Below, one piece after another: positions 27,474-36,935 of a stretch of 64,000 nt of DNA. The notes under the pieces were generated by a model. That model was not told where the DNA came from. It did not search any database and was given only the letters and a program-made list of their open reading frames with translations. Position numbers and translations under genes: made by a program. Position 1 is the stretch's first letter. Each line of letters starts with the position of its first letter. Source of the stretch: a virus (lineage: Duplodnaviria; Caudoviricetes); the IMG/VR virus record IMGVR_UViG_3300027759_000044, one strand, 5' to 3'.

Positions 27474-28807
27474 AAACGTATGATAAACGAATTGGCTTTT
27501 TAGTAAGCTATCAAACACTTATTCCTCATGGGGGAATAGGGCAATTTACTAAAAGTTTTTGTGAATTAATGGATCAACATAATATCAAAGTTGATATTAT
27601 TACAGACAAAGAACCACAAGATACTGAGTTTATAAAATCTATTCCTGCAAATATCATTGCACCATTAGAGTCATTAAAGTATACTGACCATAGCAATATC
27701 TTTATGTATGGTGATACATTTTGCTATGAACGAATGGCTAACTTCCGTACAGCAATTGTAGAAGCACTAGAACATAATCTATATGATTCATTAATTTGTA
27801 ACACATATGAAACAGTACAAGTGGCCAGTAATATGGGGCTTGAAGATTGTATTCAAATCATTGCTTACACACACTTAGAAAGTCAAATTTTTAAAGATAC
27901 AAAGAATCCTTTCTTGTTAAACACTAACGAAATGATGCGTCAACAATTAGAAACATCAGGTGTGTATGTGGGTACACAAAGTAAGTTTAATCAAGTAAAC
28001 ATTAGTAATACAGCATATCATTTACCTATTCCTATTACAGAAAAAGATTTATTAAAAGAACATCATAAGCCACGTGAAGGTATATTATTTGTTGGACGAT
28101 GGGAAGAAGGTAAAAATCCTGAATTGTTCTTAGATTTAATTGAACAAACAAAATTGCCCGCTAAAGTAATGACTAGTGCTAATGGTGCCAAAAAGTTTGA
28201 AGAACGACTACAAAAGATTGGTGTACCCTACGAAATTCGTGTAAGTATTATTGGCAAAGAGAAAGTAGATTTTATTACAAGTGCTAGAATTGCTTTTAAC
28301 CCAAGTACAGTAGAGAGTTACGGAATGGCTTTTTATGAACAACATATTCAAATGCCCACACTTGTATTAGAAAATCAACGCTGGCCTAATAACTTTAATA
28401 AAGATTTCTTTTACACTTGTACTAAGAAAGATATGGCAAGTAAAGCAAAAGAGTTATACGATATTTTTGAAAAAGCAGAGAGATGGTATAATTTAGGTTC
28501 ACTACAACACGCACAGGAACAAGAAGCCAGTGTTTATCATAAATGGGCAGAATGTTTTAGAGACTTTAAGCCTAAACAATCTAATAGTAATACGGCAAAG
28601 ATTTGTAGCGAGAATACAGTAAGGTTACAAGATTATATTAATGATTTAAACCGTAGTATTATTTGTATTGATGATGTGCGTAGTGTATTAACTAATAAGC
28701 ATAAGTTTAGAGTTATCTATACCGATGACGATACATATTTAACAAAAGACCCTAGTTTTGAACCAGAAGAAGAAACAGAAGGTCTATCATTATTTGAGGG
28801 TTTATGA
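27470..28807 (+). CDS. GT-B (family 4-like) glycosyltransferase
   Basis: PHGGIGQF, LFVGRWEEGKNPE and PSTVESYGMAFYE. Confidence 0.85.
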   Translation: MKTYDKRIGFLVSYQTLIPHGGIGQFTKSFCELMDQHNIKVDIITDKEPQDTEFIKSIPANIIAPLESLKYTDHSNIFMYGDTFCYERMANFRTAIVEALEHNLYDSLICNTYETVQVASNMGLEDCIQIIAYTHLESQIFKDTKNPFLLNTNEMMRQQLETSGVYVGTQSKFNQVNISNTAYHLPIPITEKDLLKEHHKPREGILFVGRWEEGKNPELFLDLIEQTKLPAKVMTSANGAKKFEERLQKIGVPYEIRVSIIGKEKVDFITSARIAFNPSTVESYGMAFYEQHIQMPTLVLENQRWPNNFNKDFFYTCTKKDMASKAKELYDIFEKAERWYNLGSLQHAQEQEASVYHKWAECFRDFKPKQSNSNTAKICSENTVRLQDYINDLNRSIICIDDVRSVLTNKHKFRVIYTDDDTYLTKDPSFEPEEETEGLSLFEGL

Positions 28808-29529
28808 AAATTGCATTTTTTGGTGATAGCTATTCGGACGTAGGCATAGAAGAATATAGAACAGGTACTGCCTGGCCTGAAGTATTGACTACATTAGTGT
28901 CGGCAAAGAATTCAGGATATTATGGTGTATGTGGTTCTTCAATATGGTATTCGTATACCCAACTGTTAAAATATATAGATAAACATGATGTTATTATATT
29001 CTGTTATAGTTCTGCTTATCGTTGGCCGTGTTTACCTGATCAGTTATTAGGTAGTAATTATAGGGTACATGAGAATTTTGATAAAAATCAACAGATGTCC
29101 AAATATATTGATGTATATAGTGATTTATTTACTGATGAGTTTTTAGAATTTACAGCCTCAAGTATTTTTACAGCAGTTAATAAATTATGCAAAGAGCGTA
29201 ATAAGTTTCTAATAAATGTATGTTGTTTTGGCAAAGAGATCTGGAATCGCACTCCTACTAACTATCCTGTATTTTTTAATATGGATGAAATTTCAATAAA
29301 TGAAACAGTTATTCAATATGGTAAAGTCGTCACTATGCGAGAAGTCATTCATAATCAAAGTGTCAATGACAAACGCCATTGTCATTTAAACGCTCCCAAT
29401 AATAAATTATTAGCTGAAATATTCAAAGATATTATAGAAAATAAAATATCTAATGTGGAAAGTGACTTATATAGTGAATATGATTGGGTAAGATTTGATC
29501 CACAAGTGGATGAATGGTTTGGTAAATAA
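28804..29529 (+). CDS. SGNH-hydrolase-like hypothetical protein
   Basis: IAFFGDSY, G..GSS and a C-terminal CHL motif. Confidence 0.5.
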   Translation: MKIAFFGDSYSDVGIEEYRTGTAWPEVLTTLVSAKNSGYYGVCGSSIWYSYTQLLKYIDKHDVIIFCYSSAYRWPCLPDQLLGSNYRVHENFDKNQQMSKYIDVYSDLFTDEFLEFTASSIFTAVNKLCKERNKFLINVCCFGKEIWNRTPTNYPVFFNMDEISINETVIQYGKVVTMREVIHNQSVNDKRHCHLNAPNNKLLAEIFKDIIENKISNVESDLYSEYDWVRFDPQVDEWFGK

Positions 29530-29530
29530 T

Positions 29531-30358
29531 ATGAAAAAAGTTTTAATTACAGGATGTTCAGGATATATCGGAAGTCATCTATCTAAGATGTTAGCTAATG
29601 ATTATGAAGTTCATGGCTTAGATATTGATGAACCTCAAGCACCACTAAATGAATTTTATCGTTGTGATATCAATAGACCATTTGTTATTCCAAACGACAT
29701 TGAATATGATAGTGTGATTCATTTAGCGGCATTAGTACGTGTAGGTGAAAGTGAACAAATACCTATCAAATACTATATCACTAATTTGAATGGGACAATG
29801 AATGTTATTAATAAGATAAAGACTAAAAACTTTATCTTTGCTAGTACAGGGGCGGCACAAGATTGTTCTAGTGCTTATGGTATCAGTAAACGTGCCGCCG
29901 AAGATGTTGTTAAAGAATATTGTACACAACACAAAAAACAAGATTATACTATCTTTAGATTCTATAACGTTATAGGAAGTGAAGGTTATGAACCAACTAA
30001 TCCTGATGGATTGATGTATAATCTAATAAAAGCCAGAACTACAAAAGAATTCACAATTTTTGGAGATGATTACAATACAAGTGATGGAACATGTGTACGT
30101 GATTATGTTCATGTAAATGAAATATGTGACGCATTGAAACAATCAATTGAAAAGCCCAGTAATAGTATAGAATGTTTAGGTCACGGTGTCGGAAAAACAG
30201 TAATTGATATTGTCAATATGTTTAAAGAAGTAAACAATATTGATTTTGAAGTTAAAGTGGGCCCAAGAAGAAAGGGTGACATTGAATCTAGTGTACTAGC
30301 TAATGTATCACCCTATATGCGTAATCTATATTATATGGAAGAGTTGTTGAAAGTTTAA
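29531..30358 (+). CDS. NAD-dependent sugar epimerase (GalE-like)
   Basis: VLITGCSGYIG, HLAAL, YGISK, FRFYNV.G, CVRDYVHV and RR.GD. Start moved from 29495. Confidence 0.9.
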   Translation: MKKVLITGCSGYIGSHLSKMLANDYEVHGLDIDEPQAPLNEFYRCDINRPFVIPNDIEYDSVIHLAALVRVGESEQIPIKYYITNLNGTMNVINKIKTKNFIFASTGAAQDCSSAYGISKRAAEDVVKEYCTQHKKQDYTIFRFYNVIGSEGYEPTNPDGLMYNLIKARTTKEFTIFGDDYNTSDGTCVRDYVHVNEICDALKQSIEKPSNSIECLGHGVGKTVIDIVNMFKEVNNIDFEVKVGPRRKGDIESSVLANVSPYMRNLYYMEELLKV

Positions 30359-31029
30359 GCTTGTGCTATTTGACTCATGGGTACACCTATTAGGTCTACT
30401 CCTCGTTTAATATGACTTACAGTTATATCTGTCTGTTGTTTAATGTAGTTGATACGCTCTTTATATCCAGGATGTGTTTTATCACCTAAATCCTCAATTT
30501 TTTCTTTTTTAGTCATATAACCAAATGCTTTATTAGGATCATATCCGGCCTTGTATGCTAGTTTTGCTCCAAATGCATCCGCTAATAATTCATTTTTTCT
30601 ATTTTGTGCGGTGGTCTGATTAGCATATCCATTGTGCTTATAAAATGCATGTCCCATTTCATGTGCAATAGTGTATGCTAATGCATCATCACTTAGATCC
30701 CAAAAAATACTTAGGTCTATTTTGATAACACCGTCTTTGTATGAACCCGCCGACCAAAGTTCTCCTACCTCATATGATAGTTTACCTATCTGTTTAAGCT
30801 GTTCAGGTGTTAACATTGATCTAAGTTTATTATAAACCTGTCCAACACGTACATTTAATCGCTTCCAGCGTTTATCCCACATATCATTAGTTTTAGGGTC
30901 TTTCCAACTATCCCATCTTTGGAACTCTCCTGCTTGTGCGGCAGGCATTGCTGAGCCAATTGCGGCTGCACCTGCACCTCTAAGTAAGTCACGGCGGGTT
31001 ATTTCAGTAATAAACTCATTTGCTCTCAT
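30355..31029 (-). CDS. M48-like zinc metallopeptidase with a Glu leader and Tat-like signal
   Basis: MRANEFITE, then TRRDLL...AQA; IAHEMGH, ELLAD..G and THP...R. Confidence 0.75.
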   Translation of the reverse strand: MRANEFITEITRRDLLRGAGAAAIGSAMPAAQAGEFQRWDSWKDPKTNDMWDKRWKRLNVRVGQVYNKLRSMLTPEQLKQIGKLSYEVGELWSAGSYKDGVIKIDLSIFWDLSDDALAYTIAHEMGHAFYKHNGYANQTTAQNRKNELLADAFGAKLAYKAGYDPNKAFGYMTKKEKIEDLGDKTHPGYKERINYIKQQTDITVSHIKRGVDLIGVPMSQIAQA

Positions 31030-31030
31030 G

Positions 31031-32659
31031 TTAATGCTTCAATAATAAGGTTGACAATACATCTTGTCTATTAGCACTGATATCACCTTCACCCGGAGCA
31101 ATAATAACATTCCATTTCTGTATATTATTCTTTTGTGGAGTAGCCATCATCTCATTGTAATCAATGATGCTATCACGTTTTAAATTATATGCTGCCGCTA
31201 ATCTATCTTTTAATTCTTCTAATGCGGCAGCATCACGTGGTTGCCATGCACCATCAGCAGTTTTATCTAACTTCCCATCCTTATCTTTCTTTAATAAGTC
31301 ATAGAACAATTTACTTGGAACAATACGACTATTCTTAGTTTTATCTAAGTTAGCATCCTGTGCTTTAACTTGTTTCTCTTGGCTAGTACTTGCACCTTCA
31401 CTCCAGTTAATAATGAAGTTATTTGGCTTTTGACCTAATGCCGCATCTGCTATCTTTGTATAAGCATAGAACTTAACATCAGGGTGAGCGGCAGCTAATT
31501 TAAATGCTAGGTCTTGATATTCTGGACTAAAGAAATCACCAGCATCATGCCAACGTATAGTTAGATTATAACCACCTTTTTGTGCCAGTTTTTCTTCTTT
31601 TGTAATTTCATTACTTAATTGATTGAAGAAACCATCTGGATCGTTCAATAAGAAAGTTAGTATTCTTCCGTCACTTAACCAAGGACCTTCAAATTGAACC
31701 TTACCGCCCTTCATAGCGAAACACTCTATTTTACATGAACCAGCACCCGGACATGTATTAACTACTATTAGTTCGTTTGTGCCTTCATCTAGTGCTATAC
31801 CAACTAATGCGGCAAAACCAATATTAAAGAATTGCTCTAGTTCACCGTTACTATGCTTCATTTTCTCATTTTGTTTAAGAAGTTTCTTTGGACGAACACC
31901 CAATGCTGTTTTAATTTGGTCTGTGTCGTATTTCTTACCTTCTTCATTGTAGTATTTTACTACACTTGAGCGATGGATGTAAGGTAGTTTATATTTGTCT
32001 GTTTTACCCTTTTCACGATTACGAATTCTATCTAAGTAATCGTCTAGTTCTTGACCTTTTAGTTCACGTGTTTGTGCTGGTAGTTTGGTTGCTTCGGATA
32101 CTTTTTTGTCATCCCAATCATCATCCCAATCATCATTATTTTTTGGGTGCTGTCCCCAGTCTGTCTGGTTAACTATAGCATATGCAACCTCAGGTGGTAC
32201 ACCTGCTCGTTTAGCAAAAAATTCTTTGTTACCCGGCTCATTAAACCAAGCCCAAAAATCGTTTCCTAGTGATTTATAATAAGTCCACATAAGTTTTTTA
32301 ACTTCACTGAATCTAGGATGTAATGATACTTCACCCTCCAACACACTTTGTTGTTTATGATTTGTAGATTGTTTACTCTGTTTATTACTATCAGGGAACA
32401 TTATGGAAATACTTTTACCATAAGCCTGATCAATTGTCTTAGGATCTATTTTAGATTTATCAGTTCTAGCCTTATGTGTAAACTGTGCTAATTCTTCAGG
32501 GGACATTTTATCTAATTCTTCGGAAGACATTTCATCTATTTGTTCTTCCGGTTCATCACCCGATTGAGCAAGGAATTGATCCATACTCATAACTTTGATG
32601 CCGCCAACCGCACCCGGTAATTTGGGCGTTGCACCCTCAAATAATTCTGTAAAGTTCAT
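31031..32659 (-). CDS. Modular protein with a C-terminal Gp88-like (radical-SAM-like) domain
   Basis: MNFTELFEG leader and IDEM, VLEG and VSEA linkers. TCPGAGSC..ECFA, RWHDAGDF and FYAYTK. Confidence 0.7.
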   Translation of the reverse strand: MNFTELFEGATPKLPGAVGGIKVMSMDQFLAQSGDEPEEQIDEMSSEELDKMSPEELAQFTHKARTDKSKIDPKTIDQAYGKSISIMFPDSNKQSKQSTNHKQQSVLEGEVSLHPRFSEVKKLMWTYYKSLGNDFWAWFNEPGNKEFFAKRAGVPPEVAYAIVNQTDWGQHPKNNDDWDDDWDDKKVSEATKLPAQTRELKGQELDDYLDRIRNREKGKTDKYKLPYIHRSSVVKYYNEEGKKYDTDQIKTALGVRPKKLLKQNEKMKHSNGELEQFFNIGFAALVGIALDEGTNELIVVNTCPGAGSCKIECFAMKGGKVQFEGPWLSDGRILTFLLNDPDGFFNQLSNEITKEEKLAQKGGYNLTIRWHDAGDFFSPEYQDLAFKLAAAHPDVKFYAYTKIADAALGQKPNNFIINWSEGASTSQEKQVKAQDANLDKTKNSRIVPSKLFYDLLKKDKDGKLDKTADGAWQPRDAAALEELKDRLAAAYNLKRDSIIDYNEMMATPQKNNIQKWNVIIAPGEGDISANRQDVLSTLLLKH

Positions 32660-33588
32660 AATATTTCTTTTCTAGCCTTTGCTACCATTTGTTCGGCAAG
32701 CATTAATAATTCTTCCATCTGCTCAATAGATTCACAATTCCATCTACGTAAACTCTTGTTAATGTTACTATTTGGATCTCTTGCTGTTTTAGCACTAGTT
32801 CTACTTTTCTTCATGCCCTTCATTCTAGCACAGAATGATTTACGGCGTTTAGCGGCTTTACTGCCCTTTTTAAGTTTGCTAGGTTTAGTAGTAACTGCTG
32901 TTTGAATCTTGCTACCGGGATGACTACGGCGATAGCTACTTACAGACTTTTTACTCATACCACCTACTCTTGGGTTGTTATGCTTTGACCAAGTCTCACC
33001 TTCATTCAATTCTAAATCGCTATGATTAAACGCAATGTAACTATCTCCGTTCTCATCACCTATTCTAATAACAAATACTCCCGCATCTTCATCACCTGAT
33101 TCATCTTGACCGATATCCCAACCCATTGAAGCTAATGTTTTTTGTGCTTTTGCCATTTGTTGTTCTGTTCCATGCCACCATTGAGCAGCCAGTTGTTTTA
33201 GAATTTCTTCTTCATCTGGCTCATGGTCATCACCATTACTAGGAGCAAATTCATTTAATGATTCGTTTTGTTGCCCAAGTGGAATATTAGCAATATCAGC
33301 TACAGTAATATTAACTAAATTGGTTGTTCCATTTGCTATACGAGCAAAATGTCCTTGGTTGTGTAAATTCATCATTACGTAATACAGATAGTTTGGGTCA
33401 AGAACATCTGTACGTACTACTTTGACACCAATACGTGATGGATCAAATTCTTTAACAGGCTTACCCACTGTCTTATCACTACCTTTACGTATTAACCAAA
33501 AGTCAGCATCCGGCATATTGGTAGCAATTTTTGCTATGTCTTTCAGTCTGGTTCCTGAACTCTCTGATATAATTTCGGTAAATCTCAT
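32656..33588 (-). CDS. Modular protein: HsdS-like module + acidic module + basic C-terminal module
   Basis: MRFTEIISES leader. LDPNYLYY.M....G.F...A.GTT.L.NIT..DI.NIPL resembles an HsdS half. Linkers LNEFAP and LNEG; C-terminal RRKSFCARM..RRWNC. Confidence 0.75.
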   Translation of the reverse strand: MRFTEIISESSGTRLKDIAKIATNMPDADFWLIRKGSDKTVGKPVKEFDPSRIGVKVVRTDVLDPNYLYYVMMNLHNQGHFARIANGTTNLVNITVADIANIPLGQQNESLNEFAPSNGDDHEPDEEEILKQLAAQWWHGTEQQMAKAQKTLASMGWDIGQDESGDEDAGVFVIRIGDENGDSYIAFNHSDLELNEGETWSKHNNPRVGGMSKKSVSSYRRSHPGSKIQTAVTTKPSKLKKGSKAAKRRKSFCARMKGMKKSRTSAKTARDPNSNINKSLRRWNCESIEQMEELLMLAEQMVAKARKEIL

Positions 33589-33606
33589 TGTCTTGTCCGT
33601 AAATAG

Positions 33607-33635
33607 TTGACTTTATTGCGTAGGTATGCTACACT
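33607..33635 (+). promoter_or_regulatory. sigma70-type promoter
   Basis: TTGACT-N17-TACACT upstream of uvsE; a divergent late core TATTTAT lies at 33642-33648 on the - strand. Confidence 0.7.
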
Positions 33636-33667
33636 GTATATATTATTTATCACTTTGGACTATTACT

Positions 33668-34693
33668 TTGACAAATCAATCTATCAAACGCATCGGCTTT
33701 GCTTGTAAATGGGCAGAAATTAACAGTAAAGGTGAGATTGTTTCAGCCGAAGGTCTTAATACGGGTGGAACTACACAAGCATGGGCAAAGCGCAATAATC
33801 GTAGTGTAGTAGAAGAAAAGATTATGGATGTTGCTAAACGCAATATTATGAATACTCACGCATTGGTTAAGCGTGTTGCTACATTAGAACCCGAATTGCG
33901 TATGGTTCGTCTTACTAGCGATATGTTGAGTTTTTATACTATGGATGGTTACAAAGAATTTTGGCAAAGTACTGATGTACAGAATAGCTTACAACGTTGG
34001 ATGGCACCCATTGGTGAAACAGCTAGGGCTAACGATGTTCGTCTTAGTTTTCATCCTGACCAATTTGTAGTTTTAGCAAGTGACCGTGAAGAAGTAGTAA
34101 ATAAGAGTATAGAAGAATTTGAATATCATTGTGACATGGCCCGCATGATGGGTTATGGGCAGAAGTTTCAGGATATCAAAATCAATGTTCACATCTCTGG
34201 TAGAAAAGGTCCTCAGGGTATCAGAGATGTTTATGGTAGACTTAGCCCCGAGGCACGAAACACACTTACATTAGAAAATGAAGAATACACACATGATCTT
34301 ACAGACTGCTTATCATTATCTGACCTCGTACCTACGGTCATGGACATCCATCACCACTGGATTAAAACTGGAGAATATATTCAACCGACTGATGATCGGG
34401 TTAAAATGGTTAGGGATAGTTGGCGTGGTTTGCGCCCTACTTGCCATTACTCCGTCAGCCGTGAGGACGTACTTGTTGGACATCCCGGATCACAGTTACC
34501 CGCTCATGGTGCGTTGATAGAAGCCGGACATAGTAAACAGAAGCTTCGGGCACATAGTGATTATTATTGGAACGAAGCGGTAAACGATTGGGCATTGACA
34601 TTCTTAGATAACTTTGATATAATGTGTGAATCAAAGGCAAAGAATCTTGCCAGCTTTAAACTATACGAAAGATACAAATGTTTGACAAAATAA
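33668..34693 (+). CDS. uvsE: UV damage endonuclease
   Basis: RIGFACK, MVRLTSD, RLSFHPDQFVVL, LENEE, DIHHH, HYS, AHSDY and DIMCESKAKN. The ORF-track start at 33626 lies inside the promoter, so TTG 33668 is preferred. Confidence 0.88.
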   Translation: MTNQSIKRIGFACKWAEINSKGEIVSAEGLNTGGTTQAWAKRNNRSVVEEKIMDVAKRNIMNTHALVKRVATLEPELRMVRLTSDMLSFYTMDGYKEFWQSTDVQNSLQRWMAPIGETARANDVRLSFHPDQFVVLASDREEVVNKSIEEFEYHCDMARMMGYGQKFQDIKINVHISGRKGPQGIRDVYGRLSPEARNTLTLENEEYTHDLTDCLSLSDLVPTVMDIHHHWIKTGEYIQPTDDRVKMVRDSWRGLRPTCHYSVSREDVLVGHPGSQLPAHGALIEAGHSKQKLRAHSDYYWNEAVNDWALTFLDNFDIMCESKAKNLASFKLYERYKCLTK

Positions 34694-35094
34694 AAAACCT
34701 ATTTAAAAAACAAGAGATTGAACCTGTTGTTAAGAAAGAGCCTAAGCCTAAACAACAGAAACCCCTGACACCTGAACTTACAGAAAAAGAAAAAGCTACG
34801 GCAGCTAGTGAACCATACGTTGCTATTATCAAAGTAGAATTGAATCCTGAAAATATAAATGACGGTGCGTTTGAGTTGGATTGGAATGACAAATTTGTTT
34901 TGAACTTAATTAAAGCAGGTTACAAACAACGTGATGATGATACTGACCAACTTATAGTAGAAAGATGGTTTCAGTACACCTGCAGAAATATTGCTTTAGA
35001 GCTATATGACCAACAAATTGCTGATCCCGACAACCGTGATTCAAGGGTAATTCGTACTAAGGATTTAGGTAACGGTCGAACAGAAGTAAGTTAA
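34678..35094 (+). CDS. Conserved-looking hypothetical protein
   Basis: Overlaps the uvsE end; FELDWNDKF..L..AGY motif. Confidence 0.7.
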   Translation: MFDKIKNLFKKQEIEPVVKKEPKPKQQKPLTPELTEKEKATAASEPYVAIIKVELNPENINDGAFELDWNDKFVLNLIKAGYKQRDDDTDQLIVERWFQYTCRNIALELYDQQIADPDNRDSRVIRTKDLGNGRTEVS

Positions 35095-35118
35095 TTTATC
35101 CAAATAACACAAATATAG

Positions 35119-35147
35119 TTGACATTTATCGGTTTCTATAGTATACT
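35119..35147 (+). promoter_or_regulatory. sigma70-type promoter
   Basis: TTGACA-N17-TATACT. Confidence 0.8.
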
Positions 35148-35202
35148 TGCTCTTGTGAGTTGAATAATATTCTTCACACAGACATTTTTACAAAGGAAAC
35201 AT

Positions 35203-36411
35203 ATGTCAAACTCTAAAACAGCAGGTACCTTCAAATTCAAATGGGTACCAAATTCAAAGTCAGTAACTAAAAAAGATTTACCAAACAATGAATTAGATCA
35301 AACCCCCGGTTATGTAGAACAAAACAGTATTACTAATCTAGTTAAAGACTTTAAGAACAGCGATTTTTTTAAAACGCTTAAAGATTTTCTAAAAACTGAA
35401 GATTATAAAAATGAGAGCAAGGGTAAGCCTCAACGATACAATCAAATACCCAAATTAGAATCAATCCCGATTCTATATCTTTTTACTGCTTTAGCCGTTC
35501 AACGAAAGATTGACTGGGATCATTTGTTCAGAATTGTAACAACATGGGATTCACGCAGGCCTGCTACGGTTAATGTAATTCGTTTACCTGGATCAAATAC
35601 ATACTATATTACAGACGGCCAACATACAGTATTAGCTATTGCTATTCGTGCAATGTTAGGTTTGTTCGAAGATATTGACAAAAATGATTGGATGAATGTC
35701 TCAGTAAATTGTCAAGTTGTAGAAACAAATGATTTCAGTTTTGCACGTGAACACTTTTTGGGTATTAATGGCGAAGATAGACTTCCAATCATGCCCTTTG
35801 ACACACACAAGATTCATGTGTTTGGTAGTCGGTTAGACAATAGTAAACAAGAAAAATATATCATTGCCGATAGACGACAATCAGCACTTGAAAAATATAA
35901 TTTGATTCCGGTACATCCTGAGAGCCTTGATCGTTTTAAGCCAGGTGCATTGATTCATTGTAATCTTATTAGAAAATTAGATGTAGAAGATATTCACTTC
36001 CTCGGCGAGAATCATAAACAATATTGGCCACAAGAGCCACTTGATTCAATTGAAATGTTACCATTTCAAGAATTGCGTAAGAAACTTCTTAAAGAGGGTG
36101 CTGACTTTGATACACCTGAATTCAAAGAATTTATGCGAGACTTAAATTCACTTGTTAAAGAAGTAGCCGGTGGTTGGGCTGAGTTTAAAAATCTAACACA
36201 ACAACTATACCCTAAATATTATATTAAAGCATTTAGTGATAAGCCTGCAGGATGCCCCAAAGATGCATCATTAGTACTATTAATGCAATTGTATGAAAAA
36301 GCGGGTGGAACATATCCTTATGTTCCTCAAAGTTTGACTACACGGTACCGTGAAAACAAAACACAAATGTTCAATCATTTAGACATTGCTCAAAAGGATA
36401 AATTCAAATGA
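35203..36411 (+). CDS. ParB/Srx-like (DGQH) domain protein
   Basis: VIRLP...YYITDGQHT, E..F..IN; SD AAGGA. Confidence 0.6.
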   Translation: MSNSKTAGTFKFKWVPNSKSVTKKDLPNNELDQTPGYVEQNSITNLVKDFKNSDFFKTLKDFLKTEDYKNESKGKPQRYNQIPKLESIPILYLFTALAVQRKIDWDHLFRIVTTWDSRRPATVNVIRLPGSNTYYITDGQHTVLAIAIRAMLGLFEDIDKNDWMNVSVNCQVVETNDFSFAREHFLGINGEDRLPIMPFDTHKIHVFGSRLDNSKQEKYIIADRRQSALEKYNLIPVHPESLDRFKPGALIHCNLIRKLDVEDIHFLGENHKQYWPQEPLDSIEMLPFQELRKKLLKEGADFDTPEFKEFMRDLNSLVKEVAGGWAEFKNLTQQLYPKYYIKAFSDKPAGCPKDASLVLLMQLYEKAGGTYPYVPQSLTTRYRENKTQMFNHLDIAQKDKFK

Positions 36412-36833
36412 ATATGATGCTTTACATTGCTGAGGCGTACGGAAAAGTTAAACCCGGTATTACTAAAAGCGCAAAAAATAGGATCATTTCATATGATAAG
36501 GGAAATAACAACCCTGCGATCTATCATATGTATGTCGCAATTAATGGTTATGACGAACATGTTAGAAATTGCGAGAATTATGTTATGCGACAATTATTTC
36601 CTTTCTTGGAAAACCCGCAATCTAATCGTAAACCAAGTGAATACGTTGATCCAAAACATACACAAATTACGACTGAATATGTACGTGATATTGTTGAGGA
36701 TAGGATCATAAGTCATCCACTTAAAGTTAAACGAGTTAAGAAGGTATTTTTACCTATCACACGATATAACATAAAAACTATCGTTGATGGAATTAAGAAT
36801 TTTCCGGATAAATATTTAGAAGATATTACTTAA
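36408..36833 (+). CDS. GIY-YIG superfamily (T5orf172-like) nuclease
   Basis: LYIA..YGKVKPGIT....RI.SY..G and a later E; ATGA-coupled to the upstream gene. Confidence 0.55.
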   Translation: MNMMLYIAEAYGKVKPGITKSAKNRIISYDKGNNNPAIYHMYVAINGYDEHVRNCENYVMRQLFPFLENPQSNRKPSEYVDPKHTQITTEYVRDIVEDRIISHPLKVKRVKKVFLPITRYNIKTIVDGIKNFPDKYLEDIT

Positions 36834-36842
36834 CAAAATCAA

Positions 36843-36870
36843 TGGGTTGTTGTATTTTTACAACAACCCA
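36843..36870. repeat. Perfect 12-bp inverted repeat abutting an early promoter
   Basis: TGGGTTGTTGTA-TTTT-TACAACAACCCA. Confidence 0.9.
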
Positions 36871-36875
36871 AAAAT

Positions 36876-36904
36876 TTGACAATAAAGCCAACCGAGTGTA
36901 TAAT
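36876..36904 (+). promoter_or_regulatory. sigma70-type early promoter
   Basis: TTGACA-N17-TATAAT, perfect consensus. Confidence 0.85.
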
Positions 36905-36935
36905 ACATAGTATTAAAGCTAATAAAGAGGTTAAA

